A DNA stretch of 64,000 bases from IMG/VR virus record IMGVR_UViG_3300044511_000089, positions 277 through 64,276 of that record; one strand, 5' to 3'. This stretch comes from a virus. Its lineage: Duplodnaviria; Caudoviricetes. Both the position numbers and the translations under genes were made by a program. The stretch's first letter is position 1. Each line of letters begins with the position of its first letter. The notes beneath the pieces were generated by a model. It was not told the origin of the DNA. It worked only from the letters and a program-made list of their open reading frames with translations, and did no database searches. This document shows positions 37,132-47,013 of the stretch, piece after piece.

Positions 37132-38937
37132 TTAAATGTTGTGCAGGAAGAACTGTCCACCCCTCACCTTGTCTCGATACGTGTAAATCATCCTGAGCGC
37201 ATCAACATCACCTTGGCTGGCGGCGTCAATCGTCTGCTGGATGAGCAACGGACTCATGCCGTCGCGCGTGGCGAGTTCCCTCATCTTCTGGCCTTCTTCG
37301 GGTGAGAAGTTGAAGTCAACGGTGCCGAACGACTGCATGGCGCGTTGTGCCGATTCAGGGTTCAGTCCGTTGACAGGCGAACCGGCGTCACTACGAGGGC
37401 CGCCTTCAAACTTGAGCGGGATAGCTGGTGTTACAACATCACCCGACGCGCCGCTTCTCTGAGCTTCATTTTGTATGAAGCTTTTTAATGTGCGCTCCCA
37501 GAGTTCCATCTCCTGCTTGTGTGTCAAAGGCTCATCAGTCCGCTGTCTGAATGGATGCTGAAACCTTGGCTTGCTGGCGTCAAAATATGCCCACCTCCAA
37601 TCCCGTGGCCCGATGCTCGAGATGCCAGCCATCGGCCCGAGTTGATTCTTTACCACCTCATCTACAACTCCAAGACCTTCACCCCTCATCTTACGGAGCG
37701 GTAGAATTTGCCAGTCAAACTCACCCGCTGGAAACCCCATTGCCTTTATAATCTCCCCCTGTGTTAAATCAGGCTGTGTCGTTGTGACTGGCGGCGGCTC
37801 GGTGCCCGGAGGTTTGGTGCCGCCTTCGCCTTTCTGCGGGACTTGCGGGACTTGCGGGACTTGCGGTATCGGGAACAGGGTGGGGTCGACCCGGCCCGCG
37901 CCATCGCCCGCCGCGCCACCTCCTGCGCCACCACTCTTGCGATTCATGTATTCAAGAGCGATGATGCGAGCCTCGTTGCTCATTGTGTTGAACTGCTTCT
38001 CACCAACCTCCCTATACCACCGGAGCCTGCTTTGGGTCCGGTCGAAGTATTCCCTGAAGTAAGCCTTCTGCACCAGTGACGCCGATGAGCCGCCCTTCTC
38101 GGTCGCTGCGCGGTTGTTGAACTCATCGAGAACAGCCGTCAATCCCTGTAGAATCGTGTTCGACTTCTTCTCATCGAGACGCCCGGTGATTCCGGTCGGA
38201 CTCTTGATGGCGGAAGAAACGAACTGATTGAGAATCGTCGCAAGGGAATCTGTCGTTGCCTTCGGGCTTACCGATTCTTCGAGCAACGCCTTTCTGATGC
38301 CCTCCAATGCTGTGTGGTCGCGCCCAAGCTGCATTGCGGCGCTGCTGTTGGCAAAGTCCTTGACGCGCTCCCTTGCTTGGGTCAACTGCATCGACCCGAC
38401 CATGCGGTTGATTTGCTGTTCAGCCGCCCGCTCGTCCTTCTCCTGCATCTCCACGAAGTTGATGTAGGAATTGGCCTGCGCCCGGTTGATTTGTGAGAGC
38501 AGTTGTGCGTGCAGCGCCGGACTCTTGACTATATCCACGAAGTTGACCACGCCGTTCTCACGCATGAAGAATGAGACATCAACCCCGTGCTCCAGTGCCT
38601 TGTCGCGCAACTTGGAGGCTTGGTCCAGCCACTCAGATTCTGTCTTTGCTTCTTTTTCACGCCGAAATGCGAGTGCAGCCTCATTCTCCTTCGCCGTCTG
38701 CATTTTAACCTCATGCATAAACCTCGCGTTCTGCATGGCGTAGTCGTGCTGCTGAGCGGCATCCGTCTGCTCTCTCGCGAACATCCTGCGGCTGGCTTCC
38801 TTCATCGCCTCCATCTCGCCAGCAGACCGTTGCTGAGCCAGAGCAAGCCGCATCTGCGCCTCCTGACCGGCACGCCTTCGGATGTCCTCGGACACCTCAA
38901 GGATGGGTCTGAACGCGGCGTCAAAAGGGTTGGGCAT
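37132..38937 (-). CDS. Putative ejection protein (P22 gp20 position)
   Basis: Helical, Q/A/E-rich; lies between the gp7-like gene and the giant protein. Confidence 0.6.
   Translation of the reverse strand: MPNPFDAAFRPILEVSEDIRRRAGQEAQMRLALAQQRSAGEMEAMKEASRRMFAREQTDAAQQHDYAMQNARFMHEVKMQTAKENEAALAFRREKEAKTESEWLDQASKLRDKALEHGVDVSFFMRENGVVNFVDIVKSPALHAQLLSQINRAQANSYINFVEMQEKDERAAEQQINRMVGSMQLTQARERVKDFANSSAAMQLGRDHTALEGIRKALLEESVSPKATTDSLATILNQFVSSAIKSPTGITGRLDEKKSNTILQGLTAVLDEFNNRAATEKGGSSASLVQKAYFREYFDRTQSRLRWYREVGEKQFNTMSNEARIIALEYMNRKSGGAGGGAAGDGAGRVDPTLFPIPQVPQVPQVPQKGEGGTKPPGTEPPPVTTTQPDLTQGEIIKAMGFPAGEFDWQILPLRKMRGEGLGVVDEVVKNQLGPMAGISSIGPRDWRWAYFDASKPRFQHPFRQRTDEPLTHKQEMELWERTLKSFIQNEAQRSGASGDVVTPAIPLKFEGGPRSDAGSPVNGLNPESAQRAMQSFGTVDFNFSPEEGQKMRELATRDGMSPLLIQQTIDAASQGDVDALRMIYTYRDKVRGGQFFLHNI
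37846..37866. repeat. 9-bp tandem coding repeat (PQV)n
   Basis: GCGGGACTT repeats encoding PQVPQVPQ. Confidence 0.7.
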
Positions 38938-38942
38938 AGAGT

Positions 38943-40037
38943 CTAATCCGTTGGACCGTTGTAGTAGCTGGGGCCAAGAATCCCGCCACCATCACCACGC
39001 ACATGCTGCCACCATGACCGTTGCAGCGCCATGTCGTTGTTGTGCTGTAGCTTCATCAGACGTTCGGTCTGTAATCCCTGCTGCTGTGCAGCGTATTTCG
39101 CCGCACCGAAACTGCCCAAGGCCGACCCTGCGCTCGACATCGCGTTTCCGAGTATCTCACCTGTTCCCGTGATTGGGCCGACTGGCGGCATCGGGGTGAA
39201 GCCGGGTTGTGACGGCCCCATCCTGAACCAGTTCAGGTTCTGGTTCCTGCGGTTGATGTCCTCCTGTGCGAGCATGTTCGGCAGGGTTACGAAGCCTGCC
39301 GCGCTTCGCGCCACGTTCATCGGCAGGTTCAGGTTGGCGACTCGAAGGTCGTGCGCCCGGTTCCTGACATCGGCCCGGTTCTTCTCGATGTTCAGCCTCG
39401 TCAGCGAACGCTCCATCCCAGCTTCACGAAGCATTTGTAGCAGCGCGTCTCCCCTCACACGGCTGTCGGCAAGGCTGTCACCGGAGAATCCTTTCCGCAT
39501 CTGGTTGGCCTTGATGATGCCAAGGTTCCGCTCAATCGCCTCCTGAGCGGCGGACACGCGGCTTTCGGTCACGTCCTCCATCGCCTTCTCGACCGGCGCA
39601 AGGAACCGCAGCTTCTCGCCCTCGTAGCCCGGCCCGAGGATGGACAATGCAGCCGCCTCCGCATCGGCCTGAAATGGGGATAGCCTGTCGCGGATGGCAA
39701 AGTATTTCGCGGCCTGCGCTTCCGGTGTTTCCTCGATGCCGATGTTGCGGGCAATGAGCGCCTCACGCATCAACTCAGGCTCAATCATCCTGCCTTCAGC
39801 GTCTCGAGCGTAGAACGGCAGCATGACGTTTGAGAACCTGTCCTTGTCGGTTCCAAGCTTCGTCACGTCCTCACCACGACTCAAACGCCACAACCTCTCC
39901 TGCGCCGCCTGATTCTCGGCGGCGATGGCGCGGTTCGCGGCATTCGCCCTCCTTTGGGCGCTGGCCTGCGACACGCCGGAAAGCACACCCCCGCCTACTC
40001 CAAGCGCAGCCCCACCTATAATGGCACCGACTGGCAT
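38943..40037 (-). CDS. Putative ejection/DNA pilot protein (P22 gp7-like)
   Basis: N-terminal GAIIGGAALGVGGGVLSG followed by an A/Q-rich helix, typical of the first ejection protein. Confidence 0.7.
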   Translation of the reverse strand: MPVGAIIGGAALGVGGGVLSGVSQASAQRRANAANRAIAAENQAAQERLWRLSRGEDVTKLGTDKDRFSNVMLPFYARDAEGRMIEPELMREALIARNIGIEETPEAQAAKYFAIRDRLSPFQADAEAAALSILGPGYEGEKLRFLAPVEKAMEDVTESRVSAAQEAIERNLGIIKANQMRKGFSGDSLADSRVRGDALLQMLREAGMERSLTRLNIEKNRADVRNRAHDLRVANLNLPMNVARSAAGFVTLPNMLAQEDINRRNQNLNWFRMGPSQPGFTPMPPVGPITGTGEILGNAMSSAGSALGSFGAAKYAAQQQGLQTERLMKLQHNNDMALQRSWWQHVRGDGGGILGPSYYNGPTD

Positions 40038-40837
40038 GGCTCCCTCCTTTCCGGTTGTGCGAGGACGTGCACCTGCCCGTCCTGTGTCAGACCAATCAGC
40101 ATCGACCTGATGTTCACCACCTTTATCGACCCTATCTCGCCCATGACTTCAATCGGTTGGTAACCCGCCATTGAAGCCCATTCGTTGTAAAGCCTCTGTC
40201 CCTTGTCGGCGTGGCCGCTCATCGCCATCAAAAGAACCACTCCCACCATTCCGTCATGGGTCGCATCGTCCTCGTGCTTGTCCTGCGGGGCGGCCTGAAA
40301 CAGGGCGTCGTGAAAACTCTTGCCACCGGGCCGGAATCGTTGCTCGGCAAGGCGCACCCATTCAGACACCGTGAAGGAAACCATCGTCGAGGGTATCCAT
40401 GCTCCGTTCCTGAGCATCCCCTTCGCGACAATCCAATCCTCCTTGAACCCGACTGCGTTGGCGAACAGCTTGGACGGCATGTTGTCGTGCGGGCACAGGC
40501 TGACGAGCCGCACACAATCCGTTCTTGTGAACATGAAATCGCACCCGGCCCCGCCAGCGATGATGGCTTCCTTTCCACGGCATGGTTTCTCAAGGCAGGT
40601 GTGAACCTCGTAGACACCGAAACCACGATTCACGAAAAGGAAGAAACCGACGGGTTGCTCGCTCATGTAAACACGCAATCCCACGTTCGCGCTGGAGGCA
40701 AGGAAAGACCGAAGCGATGGCTTGGTGATGTCGGCCCTGTCATCGGCGACCTTGGAAAACATCTCCGGCTTCTTGAACACCGAATCGAAGTATTCCCAAT
40801 CGGTTGAGCGTTCGACCTTGATGAGTGGTTGTTCCAT
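40016..40837 (-). CDS. GNAT-fold virion assembly protein (P22 gp14/DUF2824-like)
   Basis: YEVHT..CRGK..N.PSKLFANAVGF GNAT motifs; immediately upstream of the ejection genes. Confidence 0.7.
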   Translation of the reverse strand: MEQPLIKVERSTDWEYFDSVFKKPEMFSKVADDRADITKPSLRSFLASSANVGLRVYMSEQPVGFFLFVNRGFGVYEVHTCLEKPCRGKEAIIAGGAGCDFMFTRTDCVRLVSLCPHDNMPSKLFANAVGFKEDWIVAKGMLRNGAWIPSTMVSFTVSEWVRLAEQRFRPGGKSFHDALFQAAPQDKHEDDATHDGMVGVVLLMAMSGHADKGQRLYNEWASMAGYQPIEVMGEIGSIKVVNIRSMLIGLTQDGQVHVLAQPERREPCQSVPL

Positions 40838-40842
40838 GTTCG

Positions 40843-42498
40843 TTAGAACAGTTCAATGTAACACCGGCCCCTCGCGCCTGCTGACCCACCGCCCTCCGTG
40901 CGCGCGGCACCGCCACCACCGGAACCGTAAGGCAGTCCAGCCGTGGAAGCTGGGCCGAATACGTCGTTACCACCGGCTCCGCCTGCTTCTCCATCCATCG
41001 AGTCTGCACCACGGCCACCGCGCCCGTTTTGACCGTTGCCCGTGTCGCCGGGAGAACCGGCAAGGCCGTCATTCAGGATGTCGCCCGTCCCGCCCGTCCC
41101 GCCCGTGCCTCCGGCACCTACTCCACCGACCACACCTCTACGGCCCCCGCCACCACCTTTCGCCCTGCGTTCGAGCGCACCACCGGCATCAAATGTTGAA
41201 TCAGCGCCGGGATTGCCGTCAGTGCCTCCGTCACTGACAGCACCACCCGCCCCCACGACAATCGTATAGGTCGTTCCCACAGTGACAGGGACGTAAGAGT
41301 CTGACATCTCACCACCGCCACCACCGCCCGCGCCGCCGTTCGGGTTTTCTGCACCGCTCCCGCCACCGCCTCCTCCTCCTCCTCCAATCAAGACGACACG
41401 GGCCATCGCAGCACCAGCAGGGCATTTCCAAGTGTGCGTCGCCGCCGTGTTGAACTCGACCCTGCGCCGCATGACATGTGTTGGAACCACCCGAATATCA
41501 TCGAAGTAAGCCGTGCCCTCAGCGCCGTTCAACACGCCGCCCGTTATCTTGATTTTGAAGAACTTCGCCGTCGCAGGTGCCCTCGCCCCTGCCTGATACG
41601 GTGTCCAAGTGTTCGTGATGTTGCCCGCGTTGACATCGAAGATGGTCTTTGTCCCGGATGCGACCTTGTCCTTGTCGAACCAGAGCAGTTCAACCCTGTT
41701 GTGCATCGTCGCCGTCGAAATCCGCATCCACCACGAAAGCAGGATGACTTCCAAGGCGTCGCATGGCAGGAAATCGTTGCACTGAAGCTCGCATCCACCC
41801 ACACCTGCACCGCCGAGCGAGACGCACTTCCAGCTTTGCGCACCCTCAGCCGATTGCGCGGTGTCAGTCGCCCCCGTGCCACCACCGGCTAGGGTCGTCC
41901 TTGTCCAACGGTCAGGAATGCCGCCTGCCGAATACTCGAACCCGCCGTTGAACACCCTGAAGCTCGGGATGTTGGCTTGCACGCCGACCAAGTTCACGGC
42001 AGCGAGCAGCTTGAACTTGTCGAGGACCGAATCGTAGATGACGCAGCACGCTTGGTTCGCCTTGATGTCGCCGGGGTCGAGCGGCGCGTTGTTCAGCTTG
42101 ACGATGCTTTTCGCTGCAAGGAAATCACCCACCGCAGCCGACTTCTTCAGCTTGAACGTGCTCGCCCCGGTGTTGTCGTTCGCCGCAATGAAATAGAACA
42201 CCATCCCCATCGCATACGCGGCAGGGTAGGGCTGCACGTCGAGAGCGTAGTTGTTGGCAGAGCCGCCGACATCCGGCCCGACCATGTTGAACCCGAACGC
42301 GAGTTTCGGTTGCGTCACCGAACGGTCGGTGATGGCCCCCGGCTTCAGTGTTCCATCCGGGTTCAACGACGTATCCAGCACCGCCGCCAGCGCGTTGCAG
42401 AAGTCCCTGAGGATGCCAAGGTTGGCGTCGCCCTCGTCAAAGGTGAGCGGCGAACCTTTTACCAGTCGGTAGGTCAGCGGTGGAACCGTAAGCGGCAT
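40843..42498 (-). CDS. Tail fibre with a CBM-like domain and a Gly-rich C-terminal domain
   Basis: RLVKGSPLTFDEGDANL anchor; ANDNTGAST..GDIKA fibre domain; NGGFE carbohydrate-binding-like domain; IGGGGGGG C-terminal domain. Confidence 0.8.
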   Translation of the reverse strand: MPLTVPPLTYRLVKGSPLTFDEGDANLGILRDFCNALAAVLDTSLNPDGTLKPGAITDRSVTQPKLAFGFNMVGPDVGGSANNYALDVQPYPAAYAMGMVFYFIAANDNTGASTFKLKKSAAVGDFLAAKSIVKLNNAPLDPGDIKANQACCVIYDSVLDKFKLLAAVNLVGVQANIPSFRVFNGGFEYSAGGIPDRWTRTTLAGGGTGATDTAQSAEGAQSWKCVSLGGAGVGGCELQCNDFLPCDALEVILLSWWMRISTATMHNRVELLWFDKDKVASGTKTIFDVNAGNITNTWTPYQAGARAPATAKFFKIKITGGVLNGAEGTAYFDDIRVVPTHVMRRRVEFNTAATHTWKCPAGAAMARVVLIGGGGGGGGGSGAENPNGGAGGGGGGEMSDSYVPVTVGTTYTIVVGAGGAVSDGGTDGNPGADSTFDAGGALERRAKGGGGGRRGVVGGVGAGGTGGTGGTGDILNDGLAGSPGDTGNGQNGRGGRGADSMDGEAGGAGGNDVFGPASTAGLPYGSGGGGAARTEGGGSAGARGRCYIELF

Positions 42499-42503
42499 GG
42501 CGT

Positions 42504-42532
42504 TGTTTACATTCGATTCGGTTGCAGGTCAA
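42504..42532 (-). promoter_or_regulatory. Possible internal promoter for the tail fibre
   Basis: TTGACC-N17-TAAACA, 5 nt before ATG 42498. Confidence 0.3.
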
Positions 42533-42730
42533 TCACGGGTTCTCAAGCTTCTTGATGCGCTCGTCGAGTTCCTTGAACCTGTTGTTCAACTGTTGCTGCA
42601 CGTCGAACCACCACGCGGCCAGCTTCGCCTGCTGCCCTTCCTTGAACGCGAACCCGACAAGCAGGTCGCTCGGAAGCTCGGGCCATTCCTCGGCGACAAT
42701 CGGCGTGGTCTTGACGGGCTTTTCAATCAT
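42533..42730 (-). CDS. Small tail protein with a coiled-coil C-terminus
   Basis: Coupled to the nozzle gene; QQLNNRFKELDERIKKLE heptads. Confidence 0.6.
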   Translation of the reverse strand: MIEKPVKTTPIVAEEWPELPSDLLVGFAFKEGQQAKLAAWWFDVQQQLNNRFKELDERIKKLENP

Positions 42731-45045
42731 GTTCGGCTGAGGCTGTCGTCATCGTATCCGATGACCGAAAAGATTCTGCCCGTGATTTCGCACGGGTTGT
42801 TCTTCCCCGAAACCCTGATTCTATCAGCCAGATAATTCCTCAGAAAACTGGTGGCGACCATGTTCGATGTCTGCGGGTTCGTCCATGTTCTGGTCCCAAG
42901 CACCGTCGGCGTGTCGGTGGGGTTCACGCTGCCAAGCAGGTCCACCGTTACGGTCGGTTTCTGCGGCCTGCTTGAAAGAAGGACCACGTAGCGTTCCAGC
43001 TTCTTCTCGTCGAAGGCGTTCCCGAATCCTTCGAGGCATGATTGAAGCGTCGAATCGTAATCCTGCCCGTCCCTGCTCCACACCGAAGGGATTATGACTG
43101 CGGACGATGACGCCCTTGTCTCGTTCGTGTCAACGACGACCACGTTCGCCGACGTGAACCCGGTTATCTTCGCAACCGTTCCGTCCGGCCACAGGATGCT
43201 TCGCCCGACATGCTCCTGAAGGAACACCGCCGCAATGCTGCTCACGTTCGTTCCTGATTGGGAGACGACCACCGGCAGTTCCTCAGCCGCAGACAATCCA
43301 TACCGAAGAACCCTCCCGTCCTCCGTCCCCATCAGGAACCATTCCTCCGGGTTCTCGGGAACCAAGGTTGCAGAAGGCCGCTCCACCATCGCGGCAGCGG
43401 TCATTCCCTGCGAGGTGGTCGAGGTGGTTCCGAACCTGTAATCGTAACGAATGGCGCGGTCGATGGAGGACGACTTGAACGCGAGGAAGATTTCGCGCGT
43501 CACGGCGTTGTCGGCTGCGAACAACAGCTTCTCCGTCGATGGCTTGATGTTCTTGTAGAACAACCGTTCGCTTTCAGTGCCGATGTCGAGTTCCCTTGGT
43601 TGCCGGTTCACGAGGTCGAACCTGAAGAACGCCCGCTCGCCCGGATAAACGTGGTAGATGCCATCGACAAGAATCACCGCGTTCGCATACTGCGGCGTGT
43701 ATTCCCCTTGGTAAACCTGCTCGAACAGGAACGGCGCATCGACCGAACCCGTGAACTGCCCAAGCAGGATGCTCCTCTCCTTGTAAACCACGAGCACGTT
43801 CCGAATCGGAAGCGACTTGTTGATGGGATAACCGTCGTCTCCGAGGTCTGCGAACCCTGACACCGACCCTGATGCTCCGATGAGTCTCACCGGCTGGGCG
43901 GTCACGGTGTTGTTCGCAAACGCCCTGATGAGCACCTTCGTCCCGTTGCCGTAAACAAGGTCGACCAAGGTGACCAAGTTGCCACCATTCAATCCTGCGC
44001 CCGCAATGACGATGGTGTCCCCGGCCTTTATCCACTTCGCAGGGTAGGCCAGTGTCAGGTCGTGCGTCCCTGCAACCGTGTTGCCGTTGACCGATGGCGC
44101 GAAGTCCTCGGGGTCGTTCACCCCGCTCCACACCATGCGATACGAAATGATGTCGAGGTTCTTCAAGTCGACGTAGGGACGGTAGGCGTCCGAATACTGG
44201 AGGAGCGCCCCTGTTGCCGGGGTCGCAGGGTTGTTGTAGACCGCGTAGGTGAACGTCGTTGACGATGTCACCGTAATCGGTCGGGTGACGTTGTAGGCCA
44301 ACTGGTCGGCCCCGCTCACCGTCAGCCTGTCGCCTGTGGCCAGCCCGTGGGCCGCTGGAGTCGTCACCGTCGCCACGTTCCCAGCCCGCGTGATTCCCGT
44401 GATGCCCTTGAGCGCGAGCAACGTGGGCAGGTTCGCTGGCTTCACCTGAGCCACATTCGAGCAGAGCAAGACGCCGTTGATGGTCGAGATGCCACGGACG
44501 TAGGCGATTCCGCTGTCACGCAACTGGTAGAGCGGCTTCACGTAGCCGTCGTCGATGCGATAGGCCACGGGCAGGTCGTAGCCGTTGTTCAACACCAGCG
44601 TCCCGTTGACATCCACGACCTCCCATCGTCTGCCCAATGTCGAGAAGCCGGAGCCTATCTCCGTCCAATCCGCGCCCGCTGCGGCGATGTAGCCGACATC
44701 GAAGTAGGTGTCAGGCGTGTAATAGGGGCTGTCGTAAAACGAGAATCGGAACAGCTTGTCCTCGCTCCCCACGATGACTGCGGAACGCCCGTCCGCGCGC
44801 TTCATCATGGCGATGGCGATGATGGCCTTCCCGTTTACTGGCGGGGCTGATTGGGTTCCGGGGACGGCAAGACCGCGAGGATTGAACTGGTCGGTGCCCT
44901 CGGAGCGCATCTCACGGTCGAGGTATCTGCGCCAGTCGCGCTTGACCGTATAGTTCGCAAGACCTCCCAACTCCGACGACGCGCTCGTCAGGAGCTTGCC
45001 ACCATTCCTCGGGTGAACCTCGATGGCTTTGCTTCGGGTGCCCAC
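42727..45045 (-). CDS. Tail nozzle/hub (P22 gp10 or T7 gp12-like)
   Basis: 772 aa, beta-propeller-like. Inserted ATVTTPAAHGLATGDRLTVSG (FCCH-like) domain; WSGVNDPEDF; synteny. Confidence 0.75.
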   Translation of the reverse strand: MGTRSKAIEVHPRNGGKLLTSASSELGGLANYTVKRDWRRYLDREMRSEGTDQFNPRGLAVPGTQSAPPVNGKAIIAIAMMKRADGRSAVIVGSEDKLFRFSFYDSPYYTPDTYFDVGYIAAAGADWTEIGSGFSTLGRRWEVVDVNGTLVLNNGYDLPVAYRIDDGYVKPLYQLRDSGIAYVRGISTINGVLLCSNVAQVKPANLPTLLALKGITGITRAGNVATVTTPAAHGLATGDRLTVSGADQLAYNVTRPITVTSSTTFTYAVYNNPATPATGALLQYSDAYRPYVDLKNLDIISYRMVWSGVNDPEDFAPSVNGNTVAGTHDLTLAYPAKWIKAGDTIVIAGAGLNGGNLVTLVDLVYGNGTKVLIRAFANNTVTAQPVRLIGASGSVSGFADLGDDGYPINKSLPIRNVLVVYKERSILLGQFTGSVDAPFLFEQVYQGEYTPQYANAVILVDGIYHVYPGERAFFRFDLVNRQPRELDIGTESERLFYKNIKPSTEKLLFAADNAVTREIFLAFKSSSIDRAIRYDYRFGTTSTTSQGMTAAAMVERPSATLVPENPEEWFLMGTEDGRVLRYGLSAAEELPVVVSQSGTNVSSIAAVFLQEHVGRSILWPDGTVAKITGFTSANVVVVDTNETRASSSAVIIPSVWSRDGQDYDSTLQSCLEGFGNAFDEKKLERYVVLLSSRPQKPTVTVDLLGSVNPTDTPTVLGTRTWTNPQTSNMVATSFLRNYLADRIRVSGKNNPCEITGRIFSVIGYDDDSLSRT

Positions 45046-45047
45046 AT

Positions 45048-46004
45048 TTAAGGCGCAGGTTCAATGATGAACCATGCAATCGTTGACGTGTCCAGCGCGT
45101 CGCTGGATGTAATCGTAAAGCTGGTTCCGGCCACGCGCCCCGAGACGCGCACCCATCCGGGCGTCCCGCCATCCACGTTGGAGGTGAGATGAATCCTTGA
45201 TGTCGCCGTGACCTTCGTGGTGTTTACGGTGACGGTTCCAGCGACAAGCACCGCAGCGCCCGAGGTCGCGTTGGCACCCTCCTTCACCATTAGTCCGCTG
45301 CCTGCCTGCGAAAGAATGGCCCGACCGGGAATGATGACGTCGGCGTAACTGCCTGTGCCACCCGGCTGACCTCCGAGCATAACTTGGTTCGTCCCTGTCG
45401 TCCGTGCGTAGTAGCCGACTGCCGTGCTGTCGGTGTTCGTTGACCATGCAGCGATGCCGATAGCGGTCGCGTTGGAAATCATCGGCGAGTTGTTAAGCCC
45501 AGCCGCCGCACTCGCACCGAACGCCGCACTGAAGTTTCCCATCGCCACAGACCCAATGCCGACCGCCGTTGCGTATTGATTCGTGTAGGTGAATGAACCA
45601 TAGCCTACCACCGTGTTGCCGGGACCACCGGCCCTCGATTGGCTTCCCACCGCTGTCAGCCCTACTTGATAAAGGAAGCTTTCGATGAAGTTCGTGGCGT
45701 GGGTGTTGTATCCAATCGCCACAGCGTTCGACTTTGCCGCTTTGCTTGACAGCCCGATGGAGATGGATGAAGGATGCGCCTCTGGGTTGTAGGTCACAAA
45801 CTGGCCGACGTTCGAGATGCCATAGAACGCCTGATTGGTTCCACCCACCCCCAAGAACGTGCGCAGTTCAGAAACCGAATTGTTCGTCAGCAGGTTGCGC
45901 GTCGTGGTCGTGGTGGTCACCGGCCCGCGCAGGGTCTGGGCAACCACAAACGGAATCAGGATGACCGCGAACAGCGTTGCGATGAGCGAGGTTCGTGTGT
46001 TCAT
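45048..46004 (-). CDS. YadA-head-repeat (Hep_Hag) fibre-like protein with an N-terminal signal peptide
   Basis: MNTRTSLIATLFAVILIPFVVA-QT; repeats SISIG, AVAIG, LTAVG, NTVVG, ATAVG, ATAIG, STAVG; C-terminal beta-sandwich ending IAWFII. Confidence 0.75.
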   Translation of the reverse strand: MNTRTSLIATLFAVILIPFVVAQTLRGPVTTTTTTRNLLTNNSVSELRTFLGVGGTNQAFYGISNVGQFVTYNPEAHPSSISIGLSSKAAKSNAVAIGYNTHATNFIESFLYQVGLTAVGSQSRAGGPGNTVVGYGSFTYTNQYATAVGIGSVAMGNFSAAFGASAAAGLNNSPMISNATAIGIAAWSTNTDSTAVGYYARTTGTNQVMLGGQPGGTGSYADVIIPGRAILSQAGSGLMVKEGANATSGAAVLVAGTVTVNTTKVTATSRIHLTSNVDGGTPGWVRVSGRVAGTSFTITSSDALDTSTIAWFIIEPAP

Positions 46005-46005
46005 G

Positions 46006-46365
46006 TTAAGGAATGGTGTCGGCGTTACCCCCGATGGACTGCCACTTTGCGCCGTCCCATTCAAGGACAGCAGACGTCGCGATGGTGGTGAACTGGAGTG
46101 AAGTGAACCCGACAAACAGGCCGGTCACGTTGAACGTGGCCGTCGTCGGCTGTGAACCGCCCGGCACGTAGATGCGCTTGATTTGCCGCCTGTGGTTCCC
46201 GTTCGGAAGGACAACGGTGTATGGCCCTCCAGCCGTCTTGTCGAGGTAGGTGGTGTCGACGTTCAGGTTGATGGTGCCGTCGCCCGAGATGGTTTCGGTC
46301 AAGGGCGACTGGATGGGCCGCGTGTAAGGCGGAATCGGCGAGGGTGGCCACGTTGGGGTGCTCAT
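46006..46365 (-). CDS. Small structural protein
   Basis: YTVVLP..QIKRIY..SAVLEWDGAKW beta-sandwich typical of fibre/head proteins. Confidence 0.6.
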   Translation of the reverse strand: MSTPTWPPSPIPPYTRPIQSPLTETISGDGTINLNVDTTYLDKTAGGPYTVVLPNGNHRRQIKRIYVPGGSQPTTATFNVTGLFVGFTSLQFTTIATSAVLEWDGAKWQSIGGNADTIP

Positions 46366-47000
46366 ACTTGTGCGGCTTGTTGCGCGTTCAGCAGCAGTTC
46401 ACGGCGTTGAATCAGGAAGGTCGTCCAGTAGGAGTTGTGCATGTTCACGTCGTTCTGAAACTCGCGGGCGCACTTCGCCTTCACAAACTCAGCCACCGCC
46501 ATCACCGCGCCCTCGTCAAACGGAACCTCCTCGTCGTCACGGTAGTCCACCTTGATGCCGTTCCAATTCAAGGCCAGCATCATGCCGTCCTCCAAGGCCG
46601 GGTAGATGTAGAACGTGTATCCCTCCGGGTCGATGGCATAACGCGGGTTGCCGTCGTTCAACGGCGTGTAACCGAACGTCAACTCGTGCCTCAGCTTCCA
46701 GTCGTGCTTGACGCAGTCGTAGCGGTTGAAGGAACCGTCGTCGTTCAGCTTGATAAGACTGATGCCCGTCAGTACCGCGTCCTCGGGAAGCACGGCGCGG
46801 GCGGCCTTCCCTTCTTGAATGAAATCACCGGGCAGCAAAAGGCTCTCGTTGCTGAGGCGGTATTTCTGGATGTGCGACTGGAGGTTGATGCACCCCTGCC
46901 TGACCATGAGCGAAACGAAATCACCGCCACCCAGCCGGTTTGAATCCACGGTGAGCAACGCACCAACCTCGGCCCTGAATTGTTCCCACTTGTAGGGCAT
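46362..47000 (-). CDS. Putative head-tail adaptor (tail tubular A-like)
   Basis: Size and position; GNPRYAID..YIYP motif; helical ends. Confidence 0.6.
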   Translation of the reverse strand: MPYKWEQFRAEVGALLTVDSNRLGGGDFVSLMVRQGCINLQSHIQKYRLSNESLLLPGDFIQEGKAARAVLPEDAVLTGISLIKLNDDGSFNRYDCVKHDWKLRHELTFGYTPLNDGNPRYAIDPEGYTFYIYPALEDGMMLALNWNGIKVDYRDDEEVPFDEGAVMAVAEFVKAKCAREFQNDVNMHNSYWTTFLIQRRELLLNAQQAAQV

Positions 47001-47013
47001 CGCACGTCGTCAG

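Noticed and set aside
40843-46004. Diversity-generating retroelement or invertible fibre cassette
   Set aside because: No reverse transcriptase, no TR/VR pair and no inverted fibre fragments seen.
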